A DNA stretch of 64,000 nt from positions 308,017-372,016 of the IMG/VR virus record IMGVR_UViG_3300042367_000228; one strand, given 5' to 3'. The position numbers and the translations under genes are program-made. Numbering within the stretch: the first letter of the stretch is position 1; every line of letters starts with the position of its first letter. The notes beneath the pieces are model-generated. The model worked only from the letters and a program-made list of their open reading frames with translations. It made no database searches and was not told the origin of the DNA. Shown one piece after another: positions 29,152-38,725 of this stretch.

Positions 29152-29370
29152 ATGTCTACTGTCACTGTTACTAATGAAAAGTTAATTGAAATGTTCAGCG
29201 AAGCTAAAATCCTAGTACAAGGTGATGATTCCTATGTAATTGATTTTGCAGATGCTGAAGAGATCCATGTACACCACGAAGACACTGGCGAGGAGTTTGT
29301 ATTGTCATATGACGACATTGACCTTGAACATGATCTTGTATATGGTTTGGTACTCCTAAATAAGAACTAA
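29152..29370 (+). CDS. hypothetical protein
   Basis: promoter cassette. Confidence 0.65.
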   Translation: MSTVTVTNEKLIEMFSEAKILVQGDDSYVIDFADAEEIHVHHEDTGEEFVLSYDDIDLEHDLVYGLVLLNKN

Positions 29371-29371
29371 A

Positions 29372-29632
29372 ATGATTAAGTACGCTAACAACTTGTCTGA
29401 AGATAGGTTTCAATCAGGTCCATTTAAACCTAAACACAAAATGTCAATTGATGAAGCAGTGATGTTTGTTACGTTTTATGAGGAAGACGGCATTAAAGGA
29501 TGGCGTTTTCCAACAGAACAAGAATCCATTGATAACCTAGAACTTACAGGTTGTTGGTATCAAGAAGATTTAAACACTAGCTGGCCACCTGATGAGTGTT
29601 ATTTTGTACGTCCAGTTAAGGACATTGATTAA
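29372..29632 (+). CDS. DUF1566/Lcl-like mini protein
   Basis: IDEA.M...DG.KGWRFPT.QE...PVKD. Confidence 0.8.
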   Translation: MIKYANNLSEDRFQSGPFKPKHKMSIDEAVMFVTFYEEDGIKGWRFPTEQESIDNLELTGCWYQEDLNTSWPPDECYFVRPVKDID

Positions 29633-29704
29633 CACAATTCTTTACAATTCACTAGCAGTTTGCTATAATATGTTTTTACTTACACAACAAATGGAGAGTA
29701 TAAT

Positions 29705-30208
29705 ATGAGCAACAACACTTACTGGAACAGCAATGGAAAACATCAAGCTGCCTATCAAGAACTATCTAAACTAGTTCCGTCAAGTGGTCCTGCAGGTACA
29801 GTTGAAGGCGAGATGTTAAGAGCTGCAACACGATTATATTATGACTATTACAATAACGGATTCTGTAACAACACCTCGGGTGCTGTGAACTATCTTACAC
29901 GTTGCGATGAACTATTTAACTTAGATATTGCTGAAGAGTTAGAGATTGTTGAACCTGAATGCAACACACCATACTACACTAATTTGCCGTTAGCAGGCCC
30001 ATTAGAAACGATTGCTGACGTAGTAATTGAGTATGTGATTAGCAAAGACGGCTTGTACACTGAAAGTGGTGACAACTTGTTTGACTATGCTGATCCAGAT
30101 GCAACTGATGACGATGATACATACGATTTTGACGACGATGACTACTCATGGGAAACAGATGACGTGCTTGCTGATCTTGAGTATGACGAATTAAAATTTG
30201 AAGATTAA
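29705..30208 (+). CDS. conserved phage hypothetical protein
   Basis: YWN.NG..Q..Y..L..LVP..G...T..GE.LRA..RLYYD.YNNG. Confidence 0.75.
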   Translation: MSNNTYWNSNGKHQAAYQELSKLVPSSGPAGTVEGEMLRAATRLYYDYYNNGFCNNTSGAVNYLTRCDELFNLDIAEELEIVEPECNTPYYTNLPLAGPLETIADVVIEYVISKDGLYTESGDNLFDYADPDATDDDDTYDFDDDDYSWETDDVLADLEYDELKFED

Positions 30209-30259
30209 TACACTCAACAGCGCGTAGCAATACGCGCTTTCTCTTTTTAGGAGTATCGC

Positions 30260-30478
30260 ATGAAATTAGATAGAATCGCAGTAATTGAAAACCATATTGC
30301 AACCTTAGACAACTTAGCAAGGAACGCTTCTGTAAAATTCAATAATGAAGAAAATTGGGCATTCATATATGGGTACACACAGTCTGACATTCGTCATATG
30401 CTTGAGTCACTTTCACTTACACAAAAACAATTAAAAACCCTTAACACACGATTAGAAGGATACGAAAAATATGTCTAA
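30260..30478 (+). CDS. hypothetical protein
   Basis: AGGAG RBS. Confidence 0.6.
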   Translation: MKLDRIAVIENHIATLDNLARNASVKFNNEENWAFIYGYTQSDIRHMLESLSLTQKQLKTLNTRLEGYEKYV

Positions 30479-30677
30479 CATCACACACGAACGAGCTATC
30501 GCTAAACACGCCGGCGTACTACCATCACAACTTCGTAAGCTATCAACAGGCAAGTATTTCGTTGATATAAATGTTCCACTTGAACCATTGTGCGATGCAC
30601 GTTATGATTTCACAGTTGAGTTTTCGCAAATACTAATTGGAACTATTGCTGATGTAGGCCCCGCTGTTAATGCGTAG
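30471..30677 (+). CDS. hypothetical protein
   Basis: coupled ORF. Confidence 0.5.
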   Translation: MSNITHERAIAKHAGVLPSQLRKLSTGKYFVDINVPLEPLCDARYDFTVEFSQILIGTIADVGPAVNA

Positions 30678-30811
30678 CATTGCAAGCAATGTTAAAAAGT
30701 TTAAGTTGAAATCCACTTAAAACTTGCGGACTATAGCGCGTTAAATGTTTTTTAATGCTACACTAAGCAAAAACAAAAACGCGCTATTTTAATAATATTT
30801 GGGAGGTTATT

Positions 30812-31207
30812 TTGGGATTAGATATGCATGTATTCGCTGTTTCATCAAATCAAGTACGCGAAGAAGATAAAGATAAAGAAGTAGATTTTGAACCATATTA
30901 CGAGGAAGGCCATACTGAAATTTGGTATTGGAGAAAACACCCAAATTTACACGGTTATTTTGAAAACATGTATCAACGTAAAGGTGGGACCGAGGAGTTT
31001 AATGGTGTTCCAGTAAAGCTCACTGAACGCGATCTAATGCGACTGGAAAAGGAGATTAAGGAACGTACACTTCCAAATACCTCTGGGTTCTTCTTTGGAG
31101 AAAGTAGCGACGATGATGATGCAGTAGAACAGGATTTACGATTTGTTGCTGAAGCAAGAATGCAACTATCACTTGGCAATATGGTATACTACAACTCATC
31201 GTGGTAA
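30812..31207 (+). CDS. conserved phage hypothetical protein
   Basis: TTG start, GGAGG RBS; GLD...YWRKHPNLHG...FN...L...DL. Confidence 0.75.
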   Translation: MGLDMHVFAVSSNQVREEDKDKEVDFEPYYEEGHTEIWYWRKHPNLHGYFENMYQRKGGTEEFNGVPVKLTERDLMRLEKEIKERTLPNTSGFFFGESSDDDDAVEQDLRFVAEARMQLSLGNMVYYNSSW

Positions 31208-31280
31208 TAAAACCATTTGCAATCCAATTAGCAACTTGCTATAATATGTTTTTACTTACAACAACTGCGGAGCAACAACA

Positions 31281-31616
31281 ATGGCAAACTATCTTTTAGT
31301 AGAAGTAGACACTAACGACGGCGACTATGTAACTGCATTTAATCCAATCAGTGACACCGCGTTAGAGAACGTTAAGTTACTAATTGAAAAGATTAAAGAA
31401 AATCCTAATCGTCATAACTTCCCATACGAGCATGATGATACTCAGGTTTACGATTTGTATGCAGATCTAAACGAATATGGATCAGTAGTTGATCAAGATA
31501 TTGCGATTGACACATTTATTGATTATGTACCATCTACTGAATATGGGTTTCATAAAGTAACACGAGTTGAACTGTATGATGTAGGACATGTTGACGGATT
31601 GTTATACAAGAAATGA
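31281..31616 (+). CDS. hypothetical protein
   Basis: promoter cassette; DTNDGDYVT. Confidence 0.65.
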   Translation: MANYLLVEVDTNDGDYVTAFNPISDTALENVKLLIEKIKENPNRHNFPYEHDDTQVYDLYADLNEYGSVVDQDIAIDTFIDYVPSTEYGFHKVTRVELYDVGHVDGLLYKK

Positions 31617-31840
31617 TTGAACTTGGCTATGAATCCAACAGAATGATGTCATATGATGAAGCAGTCATGTACTGCTTCTTCTATTCTCAAGATGGCAAGA
31701 AGGGATGGCGTATGCCAACAGGGGATGAGTACGATGAATATTATGAACTTACCAGCAGCTGGTATCAAGATGACACCTTAAAAGACGATCCTGATGAAAC
31801 ATGGCTAGTAATCCCAGTGAGAGATATAAATGACAATTGA
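31613..31840 (+). CDS. DUF1566/Lcl-like mini protein
   Basis: YDEAVMYC..GKKGWRMPT. Confidence 0.85.
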   Translation: MIELGYESNRMMSYDEAVMYCFFYSQDGKKGWRMPTGDEYDEYYELTSSWYQDDTLKDDPDETWLVIPVRDINDN

Positions 31841-32051
31841 AATCGGACCTCGTGTATCTACTCCTATCCATTATGATGAAGCACTGCTTTATTGTATGAC
31901 TTTATCTTACAACGGATACTACGATTGGCGTTTGCCAGTTGCCAGCGAAGCAATTTTTGAATTTGCAATATGGGTTGATGAGAATGGTATATTATTTGCA
32001 AAATCGCATCCATATGCAAAGTATCCTGCTATTCCGGTACGAGATATATAA
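31830..32051 (+). CDS. DUF1566/Lcl-like mini protein
   Basis: YDEALLYC..YYDWRLP. Confidence 0.85.
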   Translation: MTIEIGPRVSTPIHYDEALLYCMTLSYNGYYDWRLPVASEAIFEFAIWVDENGILFAKSHPYAKYPAIPVRDI

Positions 32052-32117
32052 ACTTCTTTACAACCCAACGACACTTTGCTATAATATGTTTTTACTTAAA
32101 CACACGCGGAGCGCACT

Positions 32118-32555
32118 ATGCCAAACTATGTAAGCAACAGAGCTATTATTAGACACTCTGATCCAGCTAAACTTGCACTACTTGACACTGCATATCAAGA
32201 ACGCAACTTGTTCAATACTATCCTACCATGTCCTGAAGGATTACTTAACACACCATCCGGTCGTTATGCTGATCCAGTAAAGCAAGCTGATATGGAAAAA
32301 CGCCAAGATGAAAATTATAAGCAATTTGGTTACAGCACAGATTATCAATGGCGTGTAGAAAATTGGGGTACAAAATGGGAAGCTATTACACATGAACAAG
32401 GTCCATTGTACAAAGACAGTGACGGCGAGATTGTATTAGAGTTTGAAACTGCATGGGCTCCACCTACTGGCATTTACAAAGCATTACGCGAACAAGGATA
32501 CACAGTAGATTACGATTGGAGTGAGGAATGGGAAACGTTAATTGATGAGGACTAA
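32118..32555 (+). CDS. DUF1281/YubB ferredoxin-like domain protein
   Basis: MPN...N; WR.ENWGTKW; FETAWAPP. Confidence 0.75.
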   Translation: MPNYVSNRAIIRHSDPAKLALLDTAYQERNLFNTILPCPEGLLNTPSGRYADPVKQADMEKRQDENYKQFGYSTDYQWRVENWGTKWEAITHEQGPLYKDSDGEIVLEFETAWAPPTGIYKALREQGYTVDYDWSEEWETLIDED

Positions 32556-32613
32556 TATGAAACATTTAGTATTTGTAATGATCAGTTTACTACAATCCCT
32601 GTGAGATCTATTA

Positions 32614-32826
32614 ATGGCAATTGAGATTGGTAAACAATTTCCAAATCTAGTAACGATTGATGAAGCCGTTATGATTGCCTTTATGACCCCAGGATGGCGG
32701 CTTCCTACAGAACAAGAGTACATTGACCATTACGAGAGCTTAAAGTTTTGTTGGGATCAATCAGATGTAGAACAGTCAAATCCAAACATAAGAAACGGCT
32801 ATCTTAAATTAGTGAGAGATTGCTAA
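32614..32826 (+). CDS. DUF1566/Lcl-like mini protein
   Basis: IDEA.M..GWRLPT.QE...LVRD. Confidence 0.8.
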   Translation: MAIEIGKQFPNLVTIDEAVMIAFMTPGWRLPTEQEYIDHYESLKFCWDQSDVEQSNPNIRNGYLKLVRDC

Positions 32827-32853
32827 GGCCCCGCTGTACGCGTAGGAGGAATT

Positions 32854-33102
32854 ATGATCGAAGTTAATGCGCCATGTACTATTCAACTTGGTATTCCGAG
32901 TGAAAACCCAATGACATATGACGAAGCCGTTTTGTACTGTTTCTTTTATAATCAAGAGGGAAGTACAGGATGGCGAATGCCGACAGATATTGAGTGGCAA
33001 CGCTATGCTCCAGATATTAGTCCGTGGGCGTTAGGTGATAACGACGACTATTTACATATGATAGATACCTTTTATGTTGCACTTCCAGTACGTGATATAT
33101 AA
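32854..33102 (+). CDS. DUF1566/Lcl-like mini protein
   Basis: YDEAVLYC..GWRMPT..E...PVRD. Confidence 0.85.
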   Translation: MIEVNAPCTIQLGIPSENPMTYDEAVLYCFFYNQEGSTGWRMPTDIEWQRYAPDISPWALGDNDDYLHMIDTFYVALPVRDI

Positions 33103-33168
33103 ACTTCTTTACACACCCCGCTGTAAATGCTATAATATGTTTTTACTTAATAAAGTTTGGAGCGCACA

Positions 33169-33393
33169 ATGTCTTTAACTTACAGTTTCAATAACCGTGG
33201 CGAAGTATTAGAACATTTCAGTGACGGTATAACACTAAATTTTAGCTACTGGGAATGTAGTTGCCCTGGCGAATTAACTAACTGGATACATCACGTTGCT
33301 ATACAAGAATGTCCAAGATGTAACGAGTTGAAAGAAGAGCGTCCAAATGCTTACGCAGAAGAAGTTGAGATGATGTTAGAGGAGATAGCATGA
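33169..33393 (+). CDS. Zn-finger-like hypothetical protein
   Basis: YWECSC...C..C; similar to 18314. Confidence 0.6.
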   Translation: MSLTYSFNNRGEVLEHFSDGITLNFSYWECSCPGELTNWIHHVAIQECPRCNELKEERPNAYAEEVEMMLEEIA

Positions 33394-33593
33394 AAGTTTT
33401 TCCAGTTTACTACAATGATGGTTCCGGCGAAGGTGATCGTAGCTGTGGAATATTTGATTCATCTGAAGCTGCTAAGTTGTTTATCAAACAGCAACAATAC
33501 AGTTGGATGTATGATTGGTATTCAGAGGGTGTGCTAACATTAGCTGACTTACCTCCAGATGAAGATGAAGACGACAACGAAGAGGACGAATAG
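33390..33593 (+). CDS. hypothetical protein
   Basis: coupled ORF, acidic tail. Confidence 0.6.
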   Translation: MKVFPVYYNDGSGEGDRSCGIFDSSEAAKLFIKQQQYSWMYDWYSEGVLTLADLPPDEDEDDNEEDE

Positions 33594-33594
33594 T

Positions 33595-33828
33595 ATGCCG
33601 CTTAATATTCACAAAGAACACTTTCAAGGCTTGGTTAACAAGAATAAAGAACTTAGACAACTATTGCAAGCCGCAGCCAAAGCTAAGATAAATGGTGATT
33701 GGTGTATTATTGAAGCAGTACCACTTGATGAAGAAATGGTCTATTGCTTCAATGAAGAAACCTATGCTCAGTACACAATTCCATTTAGAGATATTGACTT
33801 TGATAATCTCAAAACAATTTTGAAATAA
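33595..33828 (+). CDS. hypothetical protein
   Basis: ORF; start reassigned. Confidence 0.55.
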   Translation: MPLNIHKEHFQGLVNKNKELRQLLQAAAKAKINGDWCIIEAVPLDEEMVYCFNEETYAQYTIPFRDIDFDNLKTILK

Positions 33829-33903
33829 GATTTAAAAATCACTTGCAATCCAGCAAGCACTTTACTATAATATGTTTTTAGTTACTACAACGCGGAGCGC
33901 ACT

Positions 33904-34059
33904 ATGCCAAAACTATACAAAGTTTCATTCTTAATTCAAACTGATGAGGATCCTGTAAACTGGATTTGTGAAGCAATTGATGATCAACTTGAAGATGGTG
34001 AAAAACTATTAAAGTACATGAGTTTTGAAACTACACTTGACGAAGAAATTGAGCCATAG
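33904..34059 (+). CDS. small hypothetical protein
   Basis: 51 aa; promoter cassette with GGAGCG RBS. Confidence 0.6.
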   Translation: MPKLYKVSFLIQTDEDPVNWICEAIDDQLEDGEKLLKYMSFETTLDEEIEP

Positions 34060-34068
34060 GAGACTGCT

Positions 34069-34263
34069 ATGAACAGATTTAAAAGATACCATCGTTATTT
34101 TTGTAGAGCTATTGTGGCAGTGGTATTTTTGTTTCTTATGGCATTTGTTATATGGGGAATTTTTGAATATCAGGATGTGCGTTTAGCGTTTGGTCTGATA
34201 ACAGGTTTACTTGTGACTATAGTAATTGTTTGCCATATATGGATAACCGCTTTTATGGAATAG
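34069..34263 (+). CDS. two-helix membrane protein
   Basis: two hydrophobic segments; AGGAG RBS. Confidence 0.6.
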   Translation: MNRFKRYHRYFCRAIVAVVFLFLMAFVIWGIFEYQDVRLAFGLITGLLVTIVIVCHIWITAFME

Positions 34264-34271
34264 GAGATAAC

Positions 34272-34451
34272 ATGAAACTTCAAAATGTAATTGGTTTGTT
34301 AGATAACACAATCACCGGAAAGGAACACTTGCAGGAGATGTTAGAAAATTCCGATGACCCGGGGCATCAGTTTGCAAGAGAATTCCTTAAAATCAACCTT
34401 ACAGAGTTGAATAACATTAAGGACCACTTGCTACAGGTTACAGAGATTTAA
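34272..34451 (+). CDS. hypothetical protein
   Basis: AGGAG RBS; L..NI.EL..I..DL. Confidence 0.6.
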   Translation: MKLQNVIGLLDNTITGKEHLQEMLENSDDPGHQFAREFLKINLTELNNIKDHLLQVTEI

Positions 34452-34458
34452 ATACCAC

Positions 34459-34938
34459 TTGCATACCAGCGCATAGTTTGTTATACTATGCGCTTACTAA
34501 CAAGCAATGCGGAGCGCACTATGCCATATAATACTGTTACTAATCATTTACTTCGTTTAGCTGACTACGTTGAAGCTAAGTTAGTTACTGAATATGAAAG
34601 ACCCAACGGCACAACTACTTACTTCCCAGCTACTGGTTTTGTAATGATAGTTAAAACAGGCAATTACTATGGAATGGATATAGGACGTGTACAAAGCGTT
34701 GACATAGACGTAGACGGTACTGCATCTTGTATCACTATTGATGGCTACTTTCGTAGCTTAGAGGACGATCCGGTTGATGAAGACACATGGGGACTTCATA
34801 TTAAAATGATCACAGCTTCTGAATGGCACAAGGAAGAACGTAGAGAGTTAGTACACGGTTAACAAACCATTTGCATACCAGCGCATAGTTTGTTATACTA
34901 TGCGCTTACTAACAAGCAATGCGGAGCGCACTATGCCA
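34459..34938 (+). repeat. 68-bp identical promoter-leader repeat
   Basis: 34459-34526 = 34871-34938; 57 bp also at 35658-35714. Confidence 0.9.
34521..34862 (+). CDS. hypothetical protein
   Basis: promoter cassette; start after GGAGCG. Confidence 0.65.
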   Translation: MPYNTVTNHLLRLADYVEAKLVTEYERPNGTTTYFPATGFVMIVKTGNYYGMDIGRVQSVDIDVDGTASCITIDGYFRSLEDDPVDEDTWGLHIKMITASEWHKEERRELVHG

Positions 34939-35223
34939 AAGTCAAGAAAAACAGTAAACGTAGAGGAATTAAGACTCTATGCAAATGAAATGCTCAAAGC
35001 AGATCATGGCAACGCACCATGGCGCAATGGCATCATTTTAATGATTGAACGTGTATTACATGACTCAGGTAATTACAGAGGATTCAATTACTTGTTTAGT
35101 GTTGATTGCCCAGACGGTGTACGTCCAGGAATACGCAATATACCAGGCACAACGCATGGTGTTCCGGATGATTACGAAGAACGTTTTAAAGATACAGATT
35201 GCACGAGACGGTTCTATTACTAA
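34933..35223 (+). CDS. hypothetical protein
   Basis: promoter cassette; E.VLH..GNY.GF.YL. Confidence 0.7.
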   Translation: MPKSRKTVNVEELRLYANEMLKADHGNAPWRNGIILMIERVLHDSGNYRGFNYLFSVDCPDGVRPGIRNIPGTTHGVPDDYEERFKDTDCTRRFYY

Positions 35224-35296
35224 TTAAAAACCATTTGCAATTCCAAACTTAGTTTGCTATAATATGTTTTTACTTACACAACACGCGGAGCGCACA

Positions 35297-35650
35297 ATGT
35301 CTACTACTTATAACTTCCCTGAATTTGATCTTAGCGATGGCGATTACTTTGATCCAGAGGATCGTGCAGTCTGGGATGAAATCAACAAGTCAATTGTATA
35401 TGACTTTGAAACTGTTGAAGAAGACATGGCAGTTTACGGCTATGAAGACGTAACAGAAGAAGAGATAGACGCCTTTACAGCCGGTGCAGAGTATGCTTTT
35501 AGCAAGATGAATGAAGCATTAAAAATTGCAGGTATCAACGCTCAAGTATGTTATCTAGACTTAGTTGATGGTACTGGTTACATCTTAACCCGAGTAGACG
35601 AAAGTCCAGAAGACTTTGTGAACAGAGTACTTGGAAACGTTACGGTTTAA
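35297..35650 (+). CDS. acidic hypothetical protein
   Basis: promoter cassette. Confidence 0.65.
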   Translation: MSTTYNFPEFDLSDGDYFDPEDRAVWDEINKSIVYDFETVEEDMAVYGYEDVTEEEIDAFTAGAEYAFSKMNEALKIAGINAQVCYLDLVDGTGYILTRVDESPEDFVNRVLGNVTV

Positions 35651-35719
35651 ATATCATTTGCATACCAGCGCATAGTTTGTTATACTATGCGCTTACTAAC
35701 AAGCAATGCGGAGCACAAA

Positions 35720-36019
35720 ATGTCAAAAGTTATTATTAAACTTGCCCCAACTAAACTACTCGCAGAACTCTACTTTGCGGAAAATAAAGTTAAGTATGCC
35801 AAAGCCTGGTTGCCATTATACACTCAACACTACCCAATCACATTGACTGAAGCTGGCATTGAAGCAGCTGAAGAGGCGTTTGACTTAACTAACAATCCAA
35901 GTCGCGAAGAAGATCGTAATAGATTTTATGGAAGACATCGTTCAGTGTCAGTGGGCGATGTAGTAGAAGTTGATGGTACTGATTACTTATGTGACTCATT
36001 TGGTTGGGTTGCGATGTAA
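35720..36019 (+). CDS. hypothetical protein (YodL-like C-terminus)
   Basis: RSVSVGDVV.VDG..Y.C.S.GW. Confidence 0.65.
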   Translation: MSKVIIKLAPTKLLAELYFAENKVKYAKAWLPLYTQHYPITLTEAGIEAAEEAFDLTNNPSREEDRNRFYGRHRSVSVGDVVEVDGTDYLCDSFGWVAM

Positions 36020-36088
36020 TTACTACTTGCAACACCAAAATAAGTTTGCTATAATATGTTTTTACTTACACAAACTGCGGAGCACGTT

Positions 36089-36427
36089 ATGATAAATGAA
36101 CTTACAGCAAGAGTAGCAGTACAACTTGGACTCGAAGCTCAAGACAGACTTACAAAGACTCTTACAGAGTCTGTAATCAATCAAATCGACACTATAATTA
36201 GAGCCACAGCTGAAACGGGCGACACATATGGTCAGGTTGATGTTGTTCACAACATTGGCAAATGGAATCGCTCTAGAAGTAAGGATGCAGTTTATATAGA
36301 CGCACCAAGTATGTGTGTATTAGATAATGTTGTAGAAAATATCAATCGTCATTATGACGAACTTGAGTTTCAAACAGAATTTGAATTGGTTAACGACCAC
36401 CCAGTAACATCTATCTGTTGGGAATAG
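36089..36427 (+). CDS. hypothetical protein, tandem paralog A
   Basis: high similarity to 36511-36849, each with its own promoter. Confidence 0.7.
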   Translation: MINELTARVAVQLGLEAQDRLTKTLTESVINQIDTIIRATAETGDTYGQVDVVHNIGKWNRSRSKDAVYIDAPSMCVLDNVVENINRHYDELEFQTEFELVNDHPVTSICWE

Positions 36428-36510
36428 TTATGTTGGTTTAAACAGTTCTTTACAAGTCAGTTTTAATTTGCTATAATATGTTTTTACTTACACAAACTGT
36501 GGAGCGTAAT

Positions 36511-36849
36511 ATGTTAAATGAACTTACTGCAATACAAGCAATTGAACTCGGCCGCGAGGTTCAAGCTATTATGATAGAGAAACTAACAGAGTCTGTGATT
36601 GCTCGTATAAACGGAGTAATTAAACTAAAAGCTGAAAACGGTCACACATCCGGTGAAGTTGATGTTGTTCACCATGTTGGTGTATGGCGGCACACTAAAG
36701 GTAAAGACACAGTGTACTGCGAAGCACAGACACAAGAAATATTAGACTATGTTATAGAAAACATCGATCGTCATTATGAAGAACTTGGGTTTGACACAGA
36801 GTTTGAATTTGTTAGCGATGACCCTGTAACAACTATTTGTTGGGGGTAG
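36511..36849 (+). CDS. hypothetical protein, tandem paralog B
   Basis: high similarity to 36089-36427. Confidence 0.7.
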   Translation: MLNELTAIQAIELGREVQAIMIEKLTESVIARINGVIKLKAENGHTSGEVDVVHHVGVWRHTKGKDTVYCEAQTQEILDYVIENIDRHYEELGFDTEFEFVSDDPVTTICWG

Positions 36850-36945
36850 CTGATGTAAATAGTTCTTTACAAGTCAGTTTTAATTTGTTATAATATGTTT
36901 TTTTAAATTGCTTTACTTTTTTAATTTTATTTAGGAGTGTACAAA

Positions 36946-37455
36946 ATGACTACAACTATTGAATCTACAGTTCCTGCTACTACAACTGCGGAAAAAACAT
37001 TTACTGTCGCAGGGGTATCTTGCTTAAAAGGTGAGTACAAAGTTAGACACGCTAACAATTTAGATCGTGTGAAAGTGCTACAAGCAAACGAACACACTGA
37101 CATACGTTTAATTGAGTTGCCTAACGCAATGACTAAAATGGAAGCAGTACAATACTTAATTAGCTTACCAACTAATGATGAAATTGAAGACGAATCATTA
37201 AAAACCTTCTTTGAGGACATTGATGCACAACGAGCGTTTGATGACTTCTTATCAGCTAAAGCTCCTAAGCCACCAAAACCAGCTAAAGCTCCTAAAGAGC
37301 CCAAAGTTAAAAAAGCAGTAGCTGAGGTAGTTGAGGATCTTGTAGAGACTCCAGTTGACTTAACTGACTTGTATGAGTCAGTAGGGCTTGTTCCTCCGAC
37401 TGTATATGAAGATGCAGTTGCTGAAGAATTTGATACAGAAGATCAACCTTTCTAA
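36946..37455 (+). CDS. hypothetical protein, paralog of 56352-56759
   Basis: EKTFTVAGVS...HTDIRLIELPNAMTK.EA. Confidence 0.75.
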   Translation: MTTTIESTVPATTTAEKTFTVAGVSCLKGEYKVRHANNLDRVKVLQANEHTDIRLIELPNAMTKMEAVQYLISLPTNDEIEDESLKTFFEDIDAQRAFDDFLSAKAPKPPKPAKAPKEPKVKKAVAEVVEDLVETPVDLTDLYESVGLVPPTVYEDAVAEEFDTEDQPF

Positions 37456-37466
37456 AAAGTAGTACA

Positions 37467-37549
37467 AATGCCGTAAGGGTGCAGTGCAGGTGATACCTGA
37501 TTGAATTGAACTGCATCTTTTAAACTACTCTAATCAAGTAGGCGGCATT
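37467..37549 (+). ncRNA. candidate structured RNA at start of tRNA cluster
   Basis: 8-bp closing stem plus three internal stems; strand uncertain. Confidence 0.35.
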
Positions 37550-37595
37550 AGTTTTAAAACTAAATAGATTACAAGATTGTAACAGAATATTTAAT

Positions 37596-37667
37596 CCGTT
37601 CTTAGCATAAAGGTAATGCCAGGTCCTCATAAGACCCACTATCTCAGTTCGACCCTGAGGGAACGGA
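37596..37667 (+). tRNA. tRNA-CAT (Met or Ile2)
   Basis: cloverleaf: CCGTTCT/GGAACGG, loop CT-CAT-AA, CTCAG-TTCGACC-CTGAG; no encoded CCA. Confidence 0.85.
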
Positions 37668-37707
37668 TTAAATGTTTTGTAATAATACAGTTAACAACCA
37701 TTTTTAT

Positions 37708-37857
37708 ACTTGAGTAACTCAGTTGGCCAGAGTTGGGGCTATTTGCATGCCCCCAGTAACAGTTGTGCCGTTAACACTATAATCGCGATATAGTTAGGAA
37801 CAATCAAACTGCCCTGCATGCCCGGGGAGACGCGCGGTTCGAATCCCGCCTCAAGTA
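37708..37857 (+). ncRNA. tRNA-like RNA with ~71-nt insertion in anticodon arm
   Basis: ACTTGAG/CTCAAGT acceptor, canonical D arm, GGTTCGAATCC T loop; TGCATGCCC direct repeat at 37744 and 37815. Confidence 0.6.
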
Positions 37858-37867
37858 CCTTCTTTAT

Positions 37868-37942
37868 GGAACTATAGTATAACAGTAGTATGCAGGTCTG
37901 CAAAACCTTGCGGTGCCGATGCAAATTTGGCTAGTTCCTCCA
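37868..37942 (+). tRNA. tRNA-Cys(GCA)
   Basis: GGAACTA/TAGTTCC, CT-GCA-AA loop, U discriminator, CCA; atypical TGCAAAT T loop. Confidence 0.85.
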
Positions 37943-37955
37943 AAATTTAAGCATA

Positions 37956-38675
37956 TTAGGGTTTGCGTTTACAGTTATCAAAATGGTATCGTTTCATATT
38001 TCCACCTCTTCCTATTTTATTACAGTAAGGGCAGGTTAATTCAATTTTTTGTTTTCCCTTCATTGCGGCACTTATGTTAGCTTTATGATTAGCTGATTTA
38101 AGTATACCAGTTTTAGCAGAACTTATGTTAGATTTATGATTATCTGAAAGTTGTTTACCATTATGCGCAGACCGCATCTTAGATTTAGTTTCCTCTGAAT
38201 GTCTTTTTCCTGTATTAGTAACACTTAATTTAGCTCGTGTTTTGGATGAAACAACTCTTCCTGTATTTGTAGAACTTAGCTTAGTCCGCATACTATCTGG
38301 CATACTTTTACCTTTGTTAGGCGACGGCCTTCCTGTAAGAGATGCACTTATTTTAGCCTTATGTTCATCTGATATAGTTTTTCCTTTATTAGCAATACTG
38401 GCTGCTATAGAAAACTTTCGTCTAAGCCATCCATACAATTTATTTGTAATTCTACAATTACCCATCATATTAGCCGCATACACTAATTTATGATTATGTG
38501 GGTAGATTTTTACAAGTAGCTGATGTGCTACATAATGAGCCTCGGGAGTTAATAATACTAAGTTACTTGGATTGTTAGAACCGCCCATACAACGAGGAAT
38601 TATGTGATGCTTTTCTGTATAGTCTGCAATCATATCTTTTGCAGTTAATTGTTCATATATCTTTTGATAGTTCAT
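37956..38675 (-). CDS. HNH homing endonuclease with NUMOD3 repeats
   Basis: N-terminal ~60 aa nearly identical to 25375-26160; S.E.K.K.S repeats; CPYC..HFDNC. Confidence 0.9.
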   Translation of the reverse strand: MNYQKIYEQLTAKDMIADYTEKHHIIPRCMGGSNNPSNLVLLTPEAHYVAHQLLVKIYPHNHKLVYAANMMGNCRITNKLYGWLRRKFSIAASIANKGKTISDEHKAKISASLTGRPSPNKGKSMPDSMRTKLSSTNTGRVVSSKTRAKLSVTNTGKRHSEETKSKMRSAHNGKQLSDNHKSNISSAKTGILKSANHKANISAAMKGKQKIELTCPYCNKIGRGGNMKRYHFDNCKRKP

Positions 38676-38725
38676 TGTACTTCTCCATTTATAAAAGAAG
38701 AGGTGAAAGTGTTGAATAAATACAT
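38672..38725 (-). CDS. 17-aa leader peptide coupled to HNH gene
   Basis: MYLFNTFTSSFINGEVQ*; same length and overlap as 26157-26210. Confidence 0.55.
   Translation of the reverse strand: MYLFNTFTSSFINGEVQ

Noticed and set aside
37467-37549. Hammerhead ribozyme or tRNA-Sec
   Set aside because: CTGATTGA is not CUGANGA and there is no GAAA core; no TCA anticodon arm
37708-37857. tmRNA
   Set aside because: Too short, has a D stem, no G3-U70 pair and no tag ORF
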